This document shows, in pieces, positions 38,065 through 49,170 of a stretch of 64,000 nucleotides of DNA. The notes beneath the pieces were generated by a model, which saw nothing but the letters and a program-made list of their open reading frames with translations, had not been told where the DNA came from and made no database searches. The position numbers and the translations under genes were made by a program. Each line of letters begins with the position of its first letter. Position 1 is the first letter of the stretch. Source of the stretch: a virus. Location of the stretch: the IMG/VR virus record IMGVR_UViG_3300025108_000028, positions 14,865 through 78,864 of that record; one strand, given 5' to 3'.

Positions 38065-38247
38065 ATGCCAGAAAGAGGAACTGAAATAACAGATGACAGA
38101 CAATATTGGTTAGATTGTCTAGCTGAATTTGAAGAAGCATTGGCTGAAGAGTTAAACATGGTAAATGTAGCTCCAGCAGGTTCTAATGATAGTATGATTA
38201 AAATGTTACAATTTGAAATACAAGAATGTTTAAAGCAACTAACGTAA
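38065..38247 (+). CDS. Small acidic helical protein
   Basis: 60 aa, overlaps next gene by 22 nt. Confidence 0.6.
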   Translation: MPERGTEITDDRQYWLDCLAEFEEALAEELNMVNVAPAGSNDSMIKMLQFEIQECLKQLT

Positions 38248-39971
38248 GTAAAAGTGATATAAAATCCATTGTAGGATGTGCCTCTAATAATTATAGTGGG
38301 CAAGTAGCTATTGTACCTGTAACTAAAAGAGGTATGAGTAATACTACTGTGTCTTCAGGTAGTGGTGAATATGATGGTGGTGATAGAGTAATAGGTTATA
38401 CAACAGCTTATGAAATAGATGGTGATTTGCTTTTTACAGTTGGTTGGGGAGATGGATTTGCTGTACGTAGATTAAATGATGATGGTACAATGACAAGGCT
38501 ATTTTTTGATTCTAATTTCTTATGGAGAGATAGTGGTAGTACATATAATCATTTACAATCTATTTGTATTGATAAAGAAAATAAGAAAGGTGTAGTTATG
38601 ACTTATAATGTTAATGGCTATACTACATTTGACTACAGTGGTCTTATGAATGGAGGATCAACCTTTGTTAAAGATCCAAGACCAACACACAGTAATCCTC
38701 AAATATATATAGGATCACAAGATACTGGTGGAGGTTATGTAGAAAGCACAGGTCTATATTATGTAGGAGGCTTGTGTGCAGCAGGAGAATGGGCATATGC
38801 AAGTGACTATGATGCAAGACATTATAAAAGATGTATGCGTAGAAACATGAAAACTGGTGTTGAAGAAAGATTATATATGGATGCCACAGCAGGAAATATA
38901 ATGTTTGAAGGCTCCGAACCTGTAGATAGAAATGGATACAGAGGTTGGATTATGTATGATGAAATTAATGACAGAATATTATATGCTTATTATCATAATG
39001 CTAACTTTTCTCTAATATTAGATGCATCTACAGCCAAACCTAAATCAGTTTATGTAGATATGGGAGATATAGGTCAGGGAGATGATGGTTATGAACAAGG
39101 ATGGTTTATACCCGATCCAATAAATGAACCTAATATATTTTGGGTTGGTGCATCTGGTAGACATACTAAACTTGATGTGACTCCATGTCTTACTGGTAAT
39201 AAAGCCACTGTTTTGCAAATTACATATGAAGGTTCTACTAATCCAGGTAATAACTATGGTATTTTATTTAGAGCTGGAGTAAAGTATCAAGATGCTCAAG
39301 GTGGTAAACCAACTGATAGAATGGTAGGTCATCCTAATTTTATTCCTACTGCAGCAGATAGAGGTGGAGCTATGATACCAGGATTCTTAGATCAAGATAA
39401 TGATAGATATGTTGCTTTACGTAGACATGATACAGTTGTTGAAGATACCAGTACAGGTGGAAGAGGAAGATCTTATAGAACTGATTATGGATGTAACATT
39501 ACTAGAATGTATTCTACAGGCGGTGTAGAATGGTGGATTCAGATGGGTTATGGATATGATGGACATGGTTTTAGAATATGGGATGCAAAATATGCTAATC
39601 ATTTTATACCTAATTGGGAAATAGTATATGGACCTTATATATTAGATAACTCAGCTTCTGTTGATTTTGTTTTTTGGAATAGAGTAGATTATTTTATTCC
39701 TAATGGTTGTACATTGGGTTATTATGTGTCTAATGATGATGGAGCAACATGGGAAGTATATTCCGGTACTGATACTGGAGAACATACGTTTTCAAAACCA
39801 GGAAATAAACTTTTGTTAAAAGTATCTGCATCAGGTGATGTATCTAAAAATGCATACAAGATGAGTGATTCAGAAGATTTTATGATGTGTGGAACTAAGT
39901 ATGCATCAGAAATGGATCCTGCTATTAAACAAAAAATGACTAAGTTTAAATTAAGAGGAAAAAAGAAATAA
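38226..39971 (+). CDS. Receptor-binding/beta-propeller-like protein
   Basis: G/Y/W/D-rich beta protein between fibre genes; [12 protein letters not shown] (Asp-box-like). Confidence 0.55.
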   Translation: MFKATNVSKSDIKSIVGCASNNYSGQVAIVPVTKRGMSNTTVSSGSGEYDGGDRVIGYTTAYEIDGDLLFTVGWGDGFAVRRLNDDGTMTRLFFDSNFLWRDSGSTYNHLQSICIDKENKKGVVMTYNVNGYTTFDYSGLMNGGSTFVKDPRPTHSNPQIYIGSQDTGGGYVESTGLYYVGGLCAAGEWAYASDYDARHYKRCMRRNMKTGVEERLYMDATAGNIMFEGSEPVDRNGYRGWIMYDEINDRILYAYYHNANFSLILDASTAKPKSVYVDMGDIGQGDDGYEQGWFIPDPINEPNIFWVGASGRHTKLDVTPCLTGNKATVLQITYEGSTNPGNNYGILFRAGVKYQDAQGGKPTDRMVGHPNFIPTAADRGGAMIPGFLDQDNDRYVALRRHDTVVEDTSTGGRGRSYRTDYGCNITRMYSTGGVEWWIQMGYGYDGHGFRIWDAKYANHFIPNWEIVYGPYILDNSASVDFVFWNRVDYFIPNGCTLGYYVSNDDGATWEVYSGTDTGEHTFSKPGNKLLLKVSASGDVSKNAYKMSDSEDFMMCGTKYASEMDPAIKQKMTKFKLRGKKK

Positions 39972-39972
39972 T

Positions 39973-42900
39973 ATGGCAACAATAACTGGCTCACAAAGAT
40001 TATTATCTTTAGAAGGTAACACTGTAGATACTACTGTTTCTTTAGGGGCAGGTGGTAGACTATTGGATAGTAATGGATCTGCTGGTACTAATGGTCAGAT
40101 TCTTAGTACTACAGGATCAGGTGTACAATGGGTTAATGACAAGACAGGTTCAAATAACTATGTATCAGGTATTAGCTTTAATACAACAAATGGAGTTCTA
40201 ACATTAACACGTTCAGGTCTAGGAGATCTTACAGTAGATTTAGATGGTAGATATTTAACCTCTGCATCAAACTTTTATCTTGATGGTATAACTAAATCAG
40301 GTAACACACTTACGTTTAGCGTTAGTGGTACTACAAATCAAACATATACATTTGGTAAAAATGCATTTAGTAGCTCTACTATTTATGCTGAGCCAGGTAT
40401 ATTTAGTGGTGGTGGTACACCAACTTTAGCTTCCGGTGTAACTGGAGCAGAAGTAAGGACATTAATTGGAGCTGGAACTGGTTCAGGATCTATGAGCTCT
40501 TGGACAATAAAAGAAGGTAATGGTACTGAATCAACTTCTGTTACTAATGGAGAGACTTTTACTATTGCTCAAGGTACCGGTATTACATCTGAGATGACAT
40601 CAACAAGTAGTGGTGGAACTATAACTATTACTAATACATTACCAGATACCGGTAGACCTGCAATATTATCTAATGGTTCAACCCCTTCTTTAAATTCAGG
40701 GATAAGTGCCGCAGAGGTAAGATCTCTTATAGGGGCAGGAACTGGAAGTGGTAGTTCTAACTTGGTTATTGGTACAACATCAACAACTGCAATGGCAGGT
40801 AATACAACAACTATTACTTCTGCACAAGCAACTGCTATTGTAAATAACAGTAAGAAAGTATCAGATACTGGAGTACCGGCAGTTTTGTCTAATGGAACTA
40901 CTCCATCATTAAACTCAGGTATATCTGCTGCTGAAATGAGAAGTCTTATTGGAGCAGGTACAGGTAATGGATCATCCAATTTAGTAATTGGAACTACTTC
41001 TACAACAGCTAAAGCAGGTAATATAACTACTATAACAGGTGCTCAAGCATCTGCTATAACTGCAAATACTGCTAAAGTTACAGATTCAGGAACACCAGCA
41101 ATACTTTCAAATGGAAGCGCACCAAGTCTTAATTCAGGAATCAGTGCTGCAGAAGTTAGAACATTGATTGGTGCAGGGACTTCAAGTAGTGCGGGAGTTA
41201 CAAGCGTTAGTGGTACTGCAAATAGAATTTCTGTTACAGCAGGTGCCACACCTACGGTAAATGCAATTACAGGTACAGTAACTTCTTCTTCTGCTAAATT
41301 AGCAACAGGAGCACAAATACAAACAGCTATTAATTCAGCTGTAACAGGAGTATTAAAATATAAAGGAACTTGGAATGCAGCCACCAATTCCCCACAACTT
41401 CAAAGTCAAAAAGGTACTGTAGGTGAATACTATATTGTATCTACAGCAGGTAATACAAATTTAGATGGTATTACAGACTGGGCAGTAGGTGACTGGGCAG
41501 TATTCTCTGATCAAGCTACAGATGCTTGGCAAAAAATAGATAACACACAAGTTGGTAATGTAACAGGTTCTGGGGTAAGTAAAAGACTTGCATTTTGGGA
41601 TAGTGCATCAAACATTTCAAGTAATAGTGGTTTTACAGTTAATACAGCATCTAAATCTTTAAATGTTAGTGGTCCAATAGTTTGGGATGGAGGTGGATCA
41701 ACAGAATCTAATAGTGCTTATGATAATATGATTACTGGCTTTAGTGATTCAGGATCAGGTACTATAACATTAACACTTACACAACAAGATGGTGGTACTT
41801 TAACTACATCATTTAGTAATCCACAAGGTACTATGTCTTCTTGGACTATTAAAGAAGGTAATGGAACAGAAAGCACGGCTGTTACAAATGGTGAAACATT
41901 AACAATAGCACAAGGTAGTGGTATACAATCAGAAATGACTTCTACATCTAGTGGAGGTACTATTACTATTACCAATACAGATAGAGGTTCTTCTCAATCT
42001 ATATTTAAAAACGTAAGTAATAAATCAGGAACTATTGTTGCTAAAAGCAACAATGATACCTTAAATATTTTAGGTTGTAAAGGAACAAACGTAGAGATTA
42101 ATGAAGAAGAACGTACTGTTATTATTTGTGCAGATCAACAAACTCTTTCTGTATCAGGTCAAACACTTACAATTTCTGATGGTAACTCTGTAACAATGCC
42201 AACTAACACAGGACCTCAAGGTCCCAAAGGAGACACCGGGTCTCAGGGGCCACAGGGTGGTAAAGGTGATAAAGGAGATACAGGATCACAGGGTATACAA
42301 GGAATACGTGGATTAACTGGAGCAGCAGGTGCAAAAGGTGACACAGGTGATGCAGGAGCTACCGGAGCAAGAGGACCGGCAGGAACAAACGGTACAAATG
42401 GAGCAAAAGGAGATACTGGAGATAGAGGTCCTCAAGGTACACAAGGTATACAAGGTAATCCTGGAACTGCAGGAGCCAAGGGAGATACGGGAGCAAGAGG
42501 TCCCGCAGGTGCAGCTGGTGCAGCCGGGGCAAAGGGAGATACTGGTGCTCAAGGACCAAAAGGTGATACTGGTTCACAAGGTCCAGCAGGACCTAATGGT
42601 GGAACATATCACTATACTAATTCAGGTGATAACCCAAGTAAATATAGATTCTGGGGTACTTCATCTACTTATGGTATAGGAATGCAATCTGGTCAAAGTT
42701 ATGGTTATTTAAATGACTATGCTACAGTATTCCAGATGAACAATGATGCAGACCGTGGTTGGGTTTGGAAATATGAAGGACAGTCAAATAGTGACGGTGC
42801 AATGTCATTAACAACTTCTGGTAATTTAAGACTTAAAGGAGTTTCTGATGTAGGATATGTTAGAATTAATGGTGCAGATGTAATTAATGAAAAAGGAGAT

Positions 42901-43476
42901 TGGGTAGGTAATCCAACAGGTTTGACAGGACCAAAGGGAGATACAGGATCTACCGGTCCAAGAGGAATACAAGGTGTTACTGGATCTCAGGGACCTGCCG
43001 GAGCTAAAGGAGATACAGGTTCAAGAGGGCCTGCTGGAACTAATGGAACTAATGGAACCGATGGTGCTAAGGGAGACACCGGATCAACAGGACCTAGAGG
43101 TGCAACCGGACCAGCTGGATCTACAGGTAGTCAAGGCCCGCAAGGTCCACAAGGTGATAAAGGACCAACTGGTAGTCAAGGACCAACTGGCGCTAGAGGA
43201 CCTACCGGTAATACTGGAGCAACAGGAAGTCAAGGACCACAGGGAATACAAGGCCCTGCTGGATCAAAAGGAGCAACTGGATCAACAGGTCCACAGGGAC
43301 CAGAGGGACCAGCCGGAAAAGATGGTGCAAGTTTTCCAGTCAATCTTGATGGTAAAACAAGTGCAATTAACAGAATGGACTTTTTTGTTGAAGGCCAAAA
43401 ATTCCCTGTTATGATAATAACATTAGAAGATGGAACACAACTTTGTTTTAATGCAGGTGATTGTCCTAGATTTTAA
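39973..43476 (+). CDS. Fibre protein 3 with collagen-like Gly-X-Y segments
   Basis: Internal repeats plus two long GXY runs (about 42211-42597 and about 42919-43329). Confidence 0.85.
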   Translation: MATITGSQRLLSLEGNTVDTTVSLGAGGRLLDSNGSAGTNGQILSTTGSGVQWVNDKTGSNNYVSGISFNTTNGVLTLTRSGLGDLTVDLDGRYLTSASNFYLDGITKSGNTLTFSVSGTTNQTYTFGKNAFSSSTIYAEPGIFSGGGTPTLASGVTGAEVRTLIGAGTGSGSMSSWTIKEGNGTESTSVTNGETFTIAQGTGITSEMTSTSSGGTITITNTLPDTGRPAILSNGSTPSLNSGISAAEVRSLIGAGTGSGSSNLVIGTTSTTAMAGNTTTITSAQATAIVNNSKKVSDTGVPAVLSNGTTPSLNSGISAAEMRSLIGAGTGNGSSNLVIGTTSTTAKAGNITTITGAQASAITANTAKVTDSGTPAILSNGSAPSLNSGISAAEVRTLIGAGTSSSAGVTSVSGTANRISVTAGATPTVNAITGTVTSSSAKLATGAQIQTAINSAVTGVLKYKGTWNAATNSPQLQSQKGTVGEYYIVSTAGNTNLDGITDWAVGDWAVFSDQATDAWQKIDNTQVGNVTGSGVSKRLAFWDSASNISSNSGFTVNTASKSLNVSGPIVWDGGGSTESNSAYDNMITGFSDSGSGTITLTLTQQDGGTLTTSFSNPQGTMSSWTIKEGNGTESTAVTNGETLTIAQGSGIQSEMTSTSSGGTITITNTDRGSSQSIFKNVSNKSGTIVAKSNNDTLNILGCKGTNVEINEEERTVIICADQQTLSVSGQTLTISDGNSVTMPTNTGPQGPKGDTGSQGPQGGKGDKGDTGSQGIQGIRGLTGAAGAKGDTGDAGATGARGPAGTNGTNGAKGDTGDRGPQGTQGIQGNPGTAGAKGDTGARGPAGAAGAAGAKGDTGAQGPKGDTGSQGPAGPNGGTYHYTNSGDNPSKYRFWGTSSTYGIGMQSGQSYGYLNDYATVFQMNNDADRGWVWKYEGQSNSDGAMSLTTSGNLRLKGVSDVGYVRINGADVINEKGDWVGNPTGLTGPKGDTGSTGPRGIQGVTGSQGPAGAKGDTGSRGPAGTNGTNGTDGAKGDTGSTGPRGATGPAGSTGSQGPQGPQGDKGPTGSQGPTGARGPTGNTGATGSQGPQGIQGPAGSKGATGSTGPQGPEGPAGKDGASFPVNLDGKTSAINRMDFFVEGQKFPVMIITLEDGTQLCFNAGDCPRF

Positions 43477-43493
43477 TACTTAAACTAACTATT

Positions 43494-43961
43494 ATGGCAA
43501 AAAAGAAAAAAGTATCAACTAAGAAAAAGGTATCAACTAAGAAAGCAATTAAAAAACCTACTAAGAAAAAGGTAGTAAAAAAGAAAGTTGTTAAAAAAGT
43601 AGAGGTGCCTGTAGTTAAAGAGCAGTTATCCCAAAGATTTTATTTTGATATTGAGTCTTTAGTTACAGATGGTAATTCTTTAATAAAAGAAATACTATTT
43701 ACTTACACAGGTTCATTAGTAATACCTAAATCATTAAAATCATCATATGAAAAGAAAAGTGTTACTGTACATGGATCATACATTGTAAAAGATGGTGATG
43801 AAGGAATTGTTACAACACAAGATTATAAATCATTATCTAAAAATGATGTAAAAGTATTTTTAGTAAAGTATTTACGGGATGATTATATAACAGGAATGCA
43901 GAACATAATTAAGAAAGATTTATTACCAGACACAAATTTAGTTGTTGATCTTCCTTGGTAG
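43494..43961 (+). CDS. Protein with Lys-rich N-tail, possible fibre chaperone
   Basis: KKKVSTKKKVSTKK..; ends LPW. Confidence 0.5.
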   Translation: MAKKKKVSTKKKVSTKKAIKKPTKKKVVKKKVVKKVEVPVVKEQLSQRFYFDIESLVTDGNSLIKEILFTYTGSLVIPKSLKSSYEKKSVTVHGSYIVKDGDEGIVTTQDYKSLSKNDVKVFLVKYLRDDYITGMQNIIKKDLLPDTNLVVDLPW

Positions 43962-44016
43962 TTTAGAAAATATTATTATCTTTGAAGAGTATACAAACTT
44001 TTAAAAACCAATTATA

Positions 44017-44271
44017 ATGGCAAAATCAAAAAAAGCAAAAAAAATTTCTGCAAAGGAATTAGAAGAAGTAAAAGTAAAGCAGAATGAAATCAATACTTTA
44101 TTGATGAACATAGGTAATGCTGAACTTGTAAAAAATCAACTTGTATCTAGACATACTGAACTTCAAGCAGAATGGAAAGATATGAGTGTAGCTTTAGAAG
44201 AAAAGTATGGATCTGTAAACATTAGTTTAGAAGATGGTACTATTAGTGACATAGAAGAAGAAAAAGCTTAG
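44017..44271 (+). CDS. Small coiled-coil protein
   Basis: LEEKYGSVNISLEDGTI; TATCTTTG promoter at 43977. Confidence 0.65.
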   Translation: MAKSKKAKKISAKELEEVKVKQNEINTLLMNIGNAELVKNQLVSRHTELQAEWKDMSVALEEKYGSVNISLEDGTISDIEEEKA

Positions 44272-44296
44272 ACTTACTTTACATATTTACTTAAAC

Positions 44297-44340
44297 AAAA
44301 TTTTAAAACCAGGCATTAGTTGTTTGGTTTTAAAATTTTT
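44297..44340. terminator. Long inverted repeat / terminator
   Basis: AAAATTTTAAAACCAGGCA...TGTTTGGTTTTAAAATTTT. Confidence 0.65.
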
Positions 44341-44400
44341 TGTATATTATTATTGTATAGTTTACAAGCAAACATTACAATATAATAAAATTAAGTATCT

Positions 44401-46626
44401 ATGATCCCAACAAGCTCAAGTGCCTCAACAAACGGGTGTGACAATATATCATCCAATTGTGTAGTGTGGCAAGGTCCAGATATTGCATGTATTGATTTAT
44501 GTACAGGTGATACAATAACTGATGTTACAGCAAAACTAGCAACTAAAGTTTGTGATATAATTACTAACGGAGTTGATGCTAATCCTAATCTTAGTGGATT
44601 AGATCTTACTTGTTTAAATATTCAAGGTCAAACACCAACAACTTTGGTACCTGTGCTACAGGAAATGGTTAATCAGATTTGTGCTAATAGTTCTGGTACA
44701 ACTGTAGGGACAAGCTCAAATTTAGCCAGATCAAAACAAACAACAGATAGTTTACCTATAATGACATTACCTGCATGTATGCAGTATGATGATAAAAATG
44801 GAAATCCTGTAACAGAACTACGTTTAGATTTATTTGCAAGTTTAATTGCCAATCAGGTATGTACTAACTTACAAAGTATTCAGATTATAAATACAACTCT
44901 TTCAAGTTATGGTGATAGATTAAATACATTAGAAGCATGTGTTTTACCATGTTCTGGAGTTGTAGCTGAAAAGCAAGTTATACCAACTTGTATTATTAAT
45001 GTAGGTAACTTAACAGATGTATCAGTACTTCTACTTGCTTTAGAACAAAGATTTTGTGCTTTAGAAAATGCTGTTGGAACACCAACACAGATTAACTCTG
45101 CAATAAGTCAAACTTCATTGATAGGGTCTACAAGTTCATTATCATCAGAAGCAACATACGGTTCTATAACTGGATATAATAATAACCCTAGTACACTTGC
45201 ACAAAGTGTTCAAAATGCATGGATTGTTATTGATGATTTATATAATGCAGTTTCATCTATACAAACAAATTGTTGTCCGACAGGTTGTGATAGTGTTGTT
45301 TTTGCATATACAACAAGTAATGTTTTAAATGCTGCAGGATCTATAGATGCTATAAACTTTGATTTCACATCATCATCTATACCATCTTCATTTACAACAC
45401 CTGCTGGATCTTCTGTTATTACTTTAACAGATTCACTTGGTTCAAGTGCAACAGCAGTAGTAGATGTGACGCAGCTACAATCTAACGGGGGAGGTTACAA
45501 TTTTCCAATACCAACATTAAATCAGTATGGAAATATAAGCGTTTCTATAGACTTTAAAGTTACTGATAGTACATCAACTTGTGAATCAGTTGAATCATCT
45601 GTAATAGATGGTGTGATTCCTTGTCCAACTATATTATTTACAGATATGACAGTATCAGGTGGAAATGCAAACTTTACAAATTTATTAGGTGTAACAGCAC
45701 AGTATACCTTAACAATTAGAGAAGCTTCATCAAACAATGTTGTTGGTACATATGTTATTAACAATCCAGGATCACAAGTTACACAACCAATAGGAGGATT
45801 AACTGCAGCAACAACTTATACAGCAGAGCTTCAAATTATAATAAATGGTCAAACAAAAGAGTGTGACAGAGTAGATTTTAATACTGCATCAGCAAGTGCA
45901 CCTTGTGATGCTGGTATGGATGTAGCATTTATTATAGACTACACAGGAAGCATGGGGGATGAAATAGATTTTATTAAAACTGGGATGTCTGGTATAATTA
46001 ATACTATAGATACTTCTTCAGGTTCTAACAACTATAGAATAGGTATAATAACTGTTGATGAAATGCCAGGTTCAGATGCGCCAAATTATGGAGCTTGTGC
46101 AGACTATACGTCATTACCTGCTACTCAAAAAATTGCTAATACAGGAATTGGGGTAACACAGTATTTAACAGCATGGGAAATGTTCTCAGACAATAATGGA
46201 ACAACAGCAAATACCCAAGTTCAAAAACTTAATGGTGGTGTTGATGGAGTATGTGTACAATTGGGTGATGGTAATTATTCTCCTGAACCTACAGATATGG
46301 CAATTGGTCAAGTATTAACAGGAAATTTCTTAAATGCATTTAGAGCAAATGTAGCAAAATATATTGTTGTAATAACTGATGCTTTACCAGGAGGTGATGA
46401 TGATGCTTTCACTCCAACTGATTATACATACATTGGTCAATTAACAAATCAAGCTAATAATCAAGGTGTTAAAATAATTGTATTAGGTGATGGTGTGGAT
46501 GCTACATTTGATAATGGAGGAACAATTGTTTACCCATGGAGAGAGTTAGCAATTAATACTGGCGGATCTTGGAATGCAAATGAAGATCCTTCAACAATAA
46601 ACGCAGAGCTTATAGCAAGCTGCTAA
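44401..46626 (+). CDS. Cys-rich structural protein with C-terminal von Willebrand A domain
   Basis: CV.W.GPDI.CI N-terminus; DVAFIIDYTGSMG (MIDAS), IVVITDALP. Confidence 0.78.
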   Translation: MIPTSSSASTNGCDNISSNCVVWQGPDIACIDLCTGDTITDVTAKLATKVCDIITNGVDANPNLSGLDLTCLNIQGQTPTTLVPVLQEMVNQICANSSGTTVGTSSNLARSKQTTDSLPIMTLPACMQYDDKNGNPVTELRLDLFASLIANQVCTNLQSIQIINTTLSSYGDRLNTLEACVLPCSGVVAEKQVIPTCIINVGNLTDVSVLLLALEQRFCALENAVGTPTQINSAISQTSLIGSTSSLSSEATYGSITGYNNNPSTLAQSVQNAWIVIDDLYNAVSSIQTNCCPTGCDSVVFAYTTSNVLNAAGSIDAINFDFTSSSIPSSFTTPAGSSVITLTDSLGSSATAVVDVTQLQSNGGGYNFPIPTLNQYGNISVSIDFKVTDSTSTCESVESSVIDGVIPCPTILFTDMTVSGGNANFTNLLGVTAQYTLTIREASSNNVVGTYVINNPGSQVTQPIGGLTAATTYTAELQIIINGQTKECDRVDFNTASASAPCDAGMDVAFIIDYTGSMGDEIDFIKTGMSGIINTIDTSSGSNNYRIGIITVDEMPGSDAPNYGACADYTSLPATQKIANTGIGVTQYLTAWEMFSDNNGTTANTQVQKLNGGVDGVCVQLGDGNYSPEPTDMAIGQVLTGNFLNAFRANVAKYIVVITDALPGGDDDAFTPTDYTYIGQLTNQANNQGVKIIVLGDGVDATFDNGGTIVYPWRELAINTGGSWNANEDPSTINAELIASC

Positions 46627-46642
46627 AATAAAATAATAAAAA

Positions 46643-47203
46643 ATGGCATGTAATTGTTCAAATAATAGTAGTAATTGTGGATGCAATGATGTTGCATTAA
46701 CTAACCCTTGTTCATACACTGATTGTAGTGTTGGTAGTGAAAGATGTGAAGATATTCAATGTGCTTCATGTGTAAGTTATTGTGGTACATCTTTTCAAAT
46801 AGGTGATCCTGGTAGCAAAATAGTTATAACTTCTGGTGAAAGACTTGATTCTATTATACAGAAGTTTTCTATGATTTTAGCAAATGGTTTAGGTGCTTGT
46901 ACATCAGATGATGTTCAACATGATCCATATAATGTATATGCAGGTGTAGTTACTAAAAACTCTGCAGAAGTTCTGTGGAATGGAGTTTGGAGTAATAGTA
47001 CTGGTATAAATATTTATATAGATACACAAATTAATCCGCAAGGATGGACATTGGTAAATGCTACACCTATTGTACCAACTACAAATAATTTTAAAATAAC
47101 AAATCTAGTTCCAAATACTCTTTACAAAATTAAAGTTGTAGATGCAGGTTTAGGTTCTAGTTGTATACCTATTGAAATTTTAATTTCAACGGGAGCACAA
47201 TAA
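46643..47203 (+). CDS. Cys-rich protein with Fn3-like C-terminus
   Basis: Many Cys; ITNLVPNTLYKIKV. Confidence 0.6.
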   Translation: MACNCSNNSSNCGCNDVALTNPCSYTDCSVGSERCEDIQCASCVSYCGTSFQIGDPGSKIVITSGERLDSIIQKFSMILANGLGACTSDDVQHDPYNVYAGVVTKNSAEVLWNGVWSNSTGINIYIDTQINPQGWTLVNATPIVPTTNNFKITNLVPNTLYKIKVVDAGLGSSCIPIEILISTGAQ

Positions 47204-47250
47204 AATAACAACAGGTGGTGGTTTGTTGGTTTTCTACTACAAACGTTGGA

Positions 47251-47284
47251 AGAGGCCGGGTTTAACTCCGGTCTCTTTTTTTTT
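47251..47284 (+). terminator. Intrinsic terminator
   Basis: AGAGGCCGGG-TTTAA-CTCCGGTCTCT with T-tract. Confidence 0.8.
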
Positions 47285-47314
47285 CTTATCTTTACAATAA
47301 TCAAAAAAATTTTT

Positions 47315-48538
47315 ATGGACAATTTAAAACAGAGAGTATTAGAATCATTAAAATGGAAAAAGCATCCTTCTATTAGTAGTGCAAGACTTGGTATAACTGA
47401 GAAACAATACAGAAAGATCAAAAAAGAATTGTTAACTGAGAGGAAGAATAAAAAAAAGAAATCAATATTTTTTAGCAAAGCAGTAGAAAATGCTCAGGTT
47501 GTAGAAGCAATTGATTTAGAAAAAGGAGAAGGTAAGATATCAGGAACTTTTGATCATGAACCTAAAAGTGCAGAAGAAATAATTGAGTTACTAAAAATAG
47601 ATACTGATAGGTGGAAGCTATCTCAGTATTGGAATAAACAAATGGGTGATCACTGGAGAGTGTCAGCATTAGTATCTCAGATTAAAAATCCAGAAGAAAA
47701 GCTTTTTAAAGAGTTATTAGAAAACTGGAAACCCAAGACTTATAAATTACCTAAAGTTAATCTAAAGAATATTGTCTCAAATGATCCTGTGTGTGGTGTA
47801 ATATCATTACAAGATATTCATTTTGGAAAAGAAGGTAATGATACTATAGATAAAGATTTTGAAGATACAGTTACCTACCTAATACAAAAGGCAGCTCCAG
47901 TTAATTATATAGAGAGAATGTATTTTGTTGTAGGAGGTGATTTAATAAACATGGATACATTTGATGGTACTACCACTAGTGGAACAGGATTAGACAACTG
48001 TATGCCTGCTACAGAGGCTTATATGCAAGCGTTTGATGCAATGCATTGGGCTATAAATTATATTAAAGCATATTGTAAAGAATTAGTTGTTGTATATGTT
48101 CCGGGTAATCATGATAGATTATCTTCTTTTCATTTAGTTCATGCTTTATCTAAATCTATTATTAGTGATGAGATAGTTTGGGATACCAAATATGAAGAAA
48201 GAAAAGTTCATGTATGGCATAATAACTTTAATGCTTTTGAGCATGGTGATAAACGCAGCAAGAATAATCCACTGATATATGCATCAGAGTATCCAAAAGA
48301 ATGGGGTGCTACAACAAACAGAACATTATTCAAAGGTCATATACATACAGATAAAAAAGTAGAATATATGACATCTAATGAAACAGCTGGTTTTATAGAA
48401 AAGACACTTCCAAGTTTAGGAAAGACAGATTACTACCACTATAGTAACAAGTATGTGGGTAATAGAAGATCTGGTAAATTAGAAATTCAACACCCAACAA
48501 TGGGAAATATATGCGTATTAACTTACCAAGCAATATAA
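47315..48538 (+). CDS. Calcineurin-like metallophosphoesterase with N-terminal HTH-like region
   Basis: DIHFG, GGD, PGNHD, EHGD, GHIH; likely start ATG 47315. Confidence 0.85.
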   Translation: MDNLKQRVLESLKWKKHPSISSARLGITEKQYRKIKKELLTERKNKKKKSIFFSKAVENAQVVEAIDLEKGEGKISGTFDHEPKSAEEIIELLKIDTDRWKLSQYWNKQMGDHWRVSALVSQIKNPEEKLFKELLENWKPKTYKLPKVNLKNIVSNDPVCGVISLQDIHFGKEGNDTIDKDFEDTVTYLIQKAAPVNYIERMYFVVGGDLINMDTFDGTTTSGTGLDNCMPATEAYMQAFDAMHWAINYIKAYCKELVVVYVPGNHDRLSSFHLVHALSKSIISDEIVWDTKYEERKVHVWHNNFNAFEHGDKRSKNNPLIYASEYPKEWGATTNRTLFKGHIHTDKKVEYMTSNETAGFIEKTLPSLGKTDYYHYSNKYVGNRRSGKLEIQHPTMGNICVLTYQAI

Positions 48539-48576
48539 AGACCTCACTTTAAATTTCATTAAGTGGGGTTTTTTTT
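48539..48576 (+). terminator. Intrinsic terminator
   Basis: ACCTCACTT/AAGTGGGGT stem with T8. Confidence 0.7.
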
Positions 48577-48598
48577 GTAAATTATAAATGTAGACTGT

Positions 48599-49165
48599 AT
48601 GATTAATAATTTTAAAAAACCTGATTTGAATGCTCCAAGATACAGACAAAAAAGATTGGGGTTATTAAATGAAGAAACATATAGAGAATTCAAAGAGAAA
48701 AAACCTTTGTATTCTAAAATAGATAATAAGAAGCTAAAAAAAATAATTAAAACATATAATGAAAATTTATGGCATGCTGTAATAGATAATAGAGATGGTG
48801 TTGAATTACCTGATTCATTAGGATTTATGTTTATTGGAACATGCCCTAACTCTAAATCAGTTAATACAAATTATGCATTATCTAATCAGTATGGTAAAGT
48901 TTTACAAAACAAGAACTGGGAAACAGATGGTAATTTAGGAAAAATATTTTATACAAACTGGTCAACAAAGTACAGATTTAAAAACAGAGAACTTTGGAGA
49001 TTTAAAGCGTGTAGAAATTTTAAAAGAACAGTTGCCAAAGACTACCCAAAAAATTGGACAAAGTATGTTATAATGAAAAATAAGTATAGGGTAGCTCATC
49101 TTTATGATAAGACACCTGACAAAACTAATGAAGCTCTTAAAGATTATAATGAATTTGAAATATAA
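48599..49165 (+). CDS. Basic protein, IHF-like (crAss tail-block)
   Basis: GVELP..LG...I and W.F.ACR.FKR. Confidence 0.5.
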   Translation: MINNFKKPDLNAPRYRQKRLGLLNEETYREFKEKKPLYSKIDNKKLKKIIKTYNENLWHAVIDNRDGVELPDSLGFMFIGTCPNSKSVNTNYALSNQYGKVLQNKNWETDGNLGKIFYTNWSTKYRFKNRELWRFKACRNFKRTVAKDYPKNWTKYVIMKNKYRVAHLYDKTPDKTNEALKDYNEFEI

Positions 49166-49170
49166 AAACT

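Noticed and set aside
42313-43414. Alternative-frame and antisense ORFs over the collagen region (42329-42679, 42974-43414, 42313-42552, 42359-42577)
   Set aside because: By-products of Gly-X-Y codon periodicity inside a clear fibre gene
33974-43476. Diversity-generating retroelement or invertible shufflon acting on fibres
   Set aside because: No reverse transcriptase or recombinase in the window; repeats differ mostly at synonymous sites rather than adenine-specifically; no inverted cassettes
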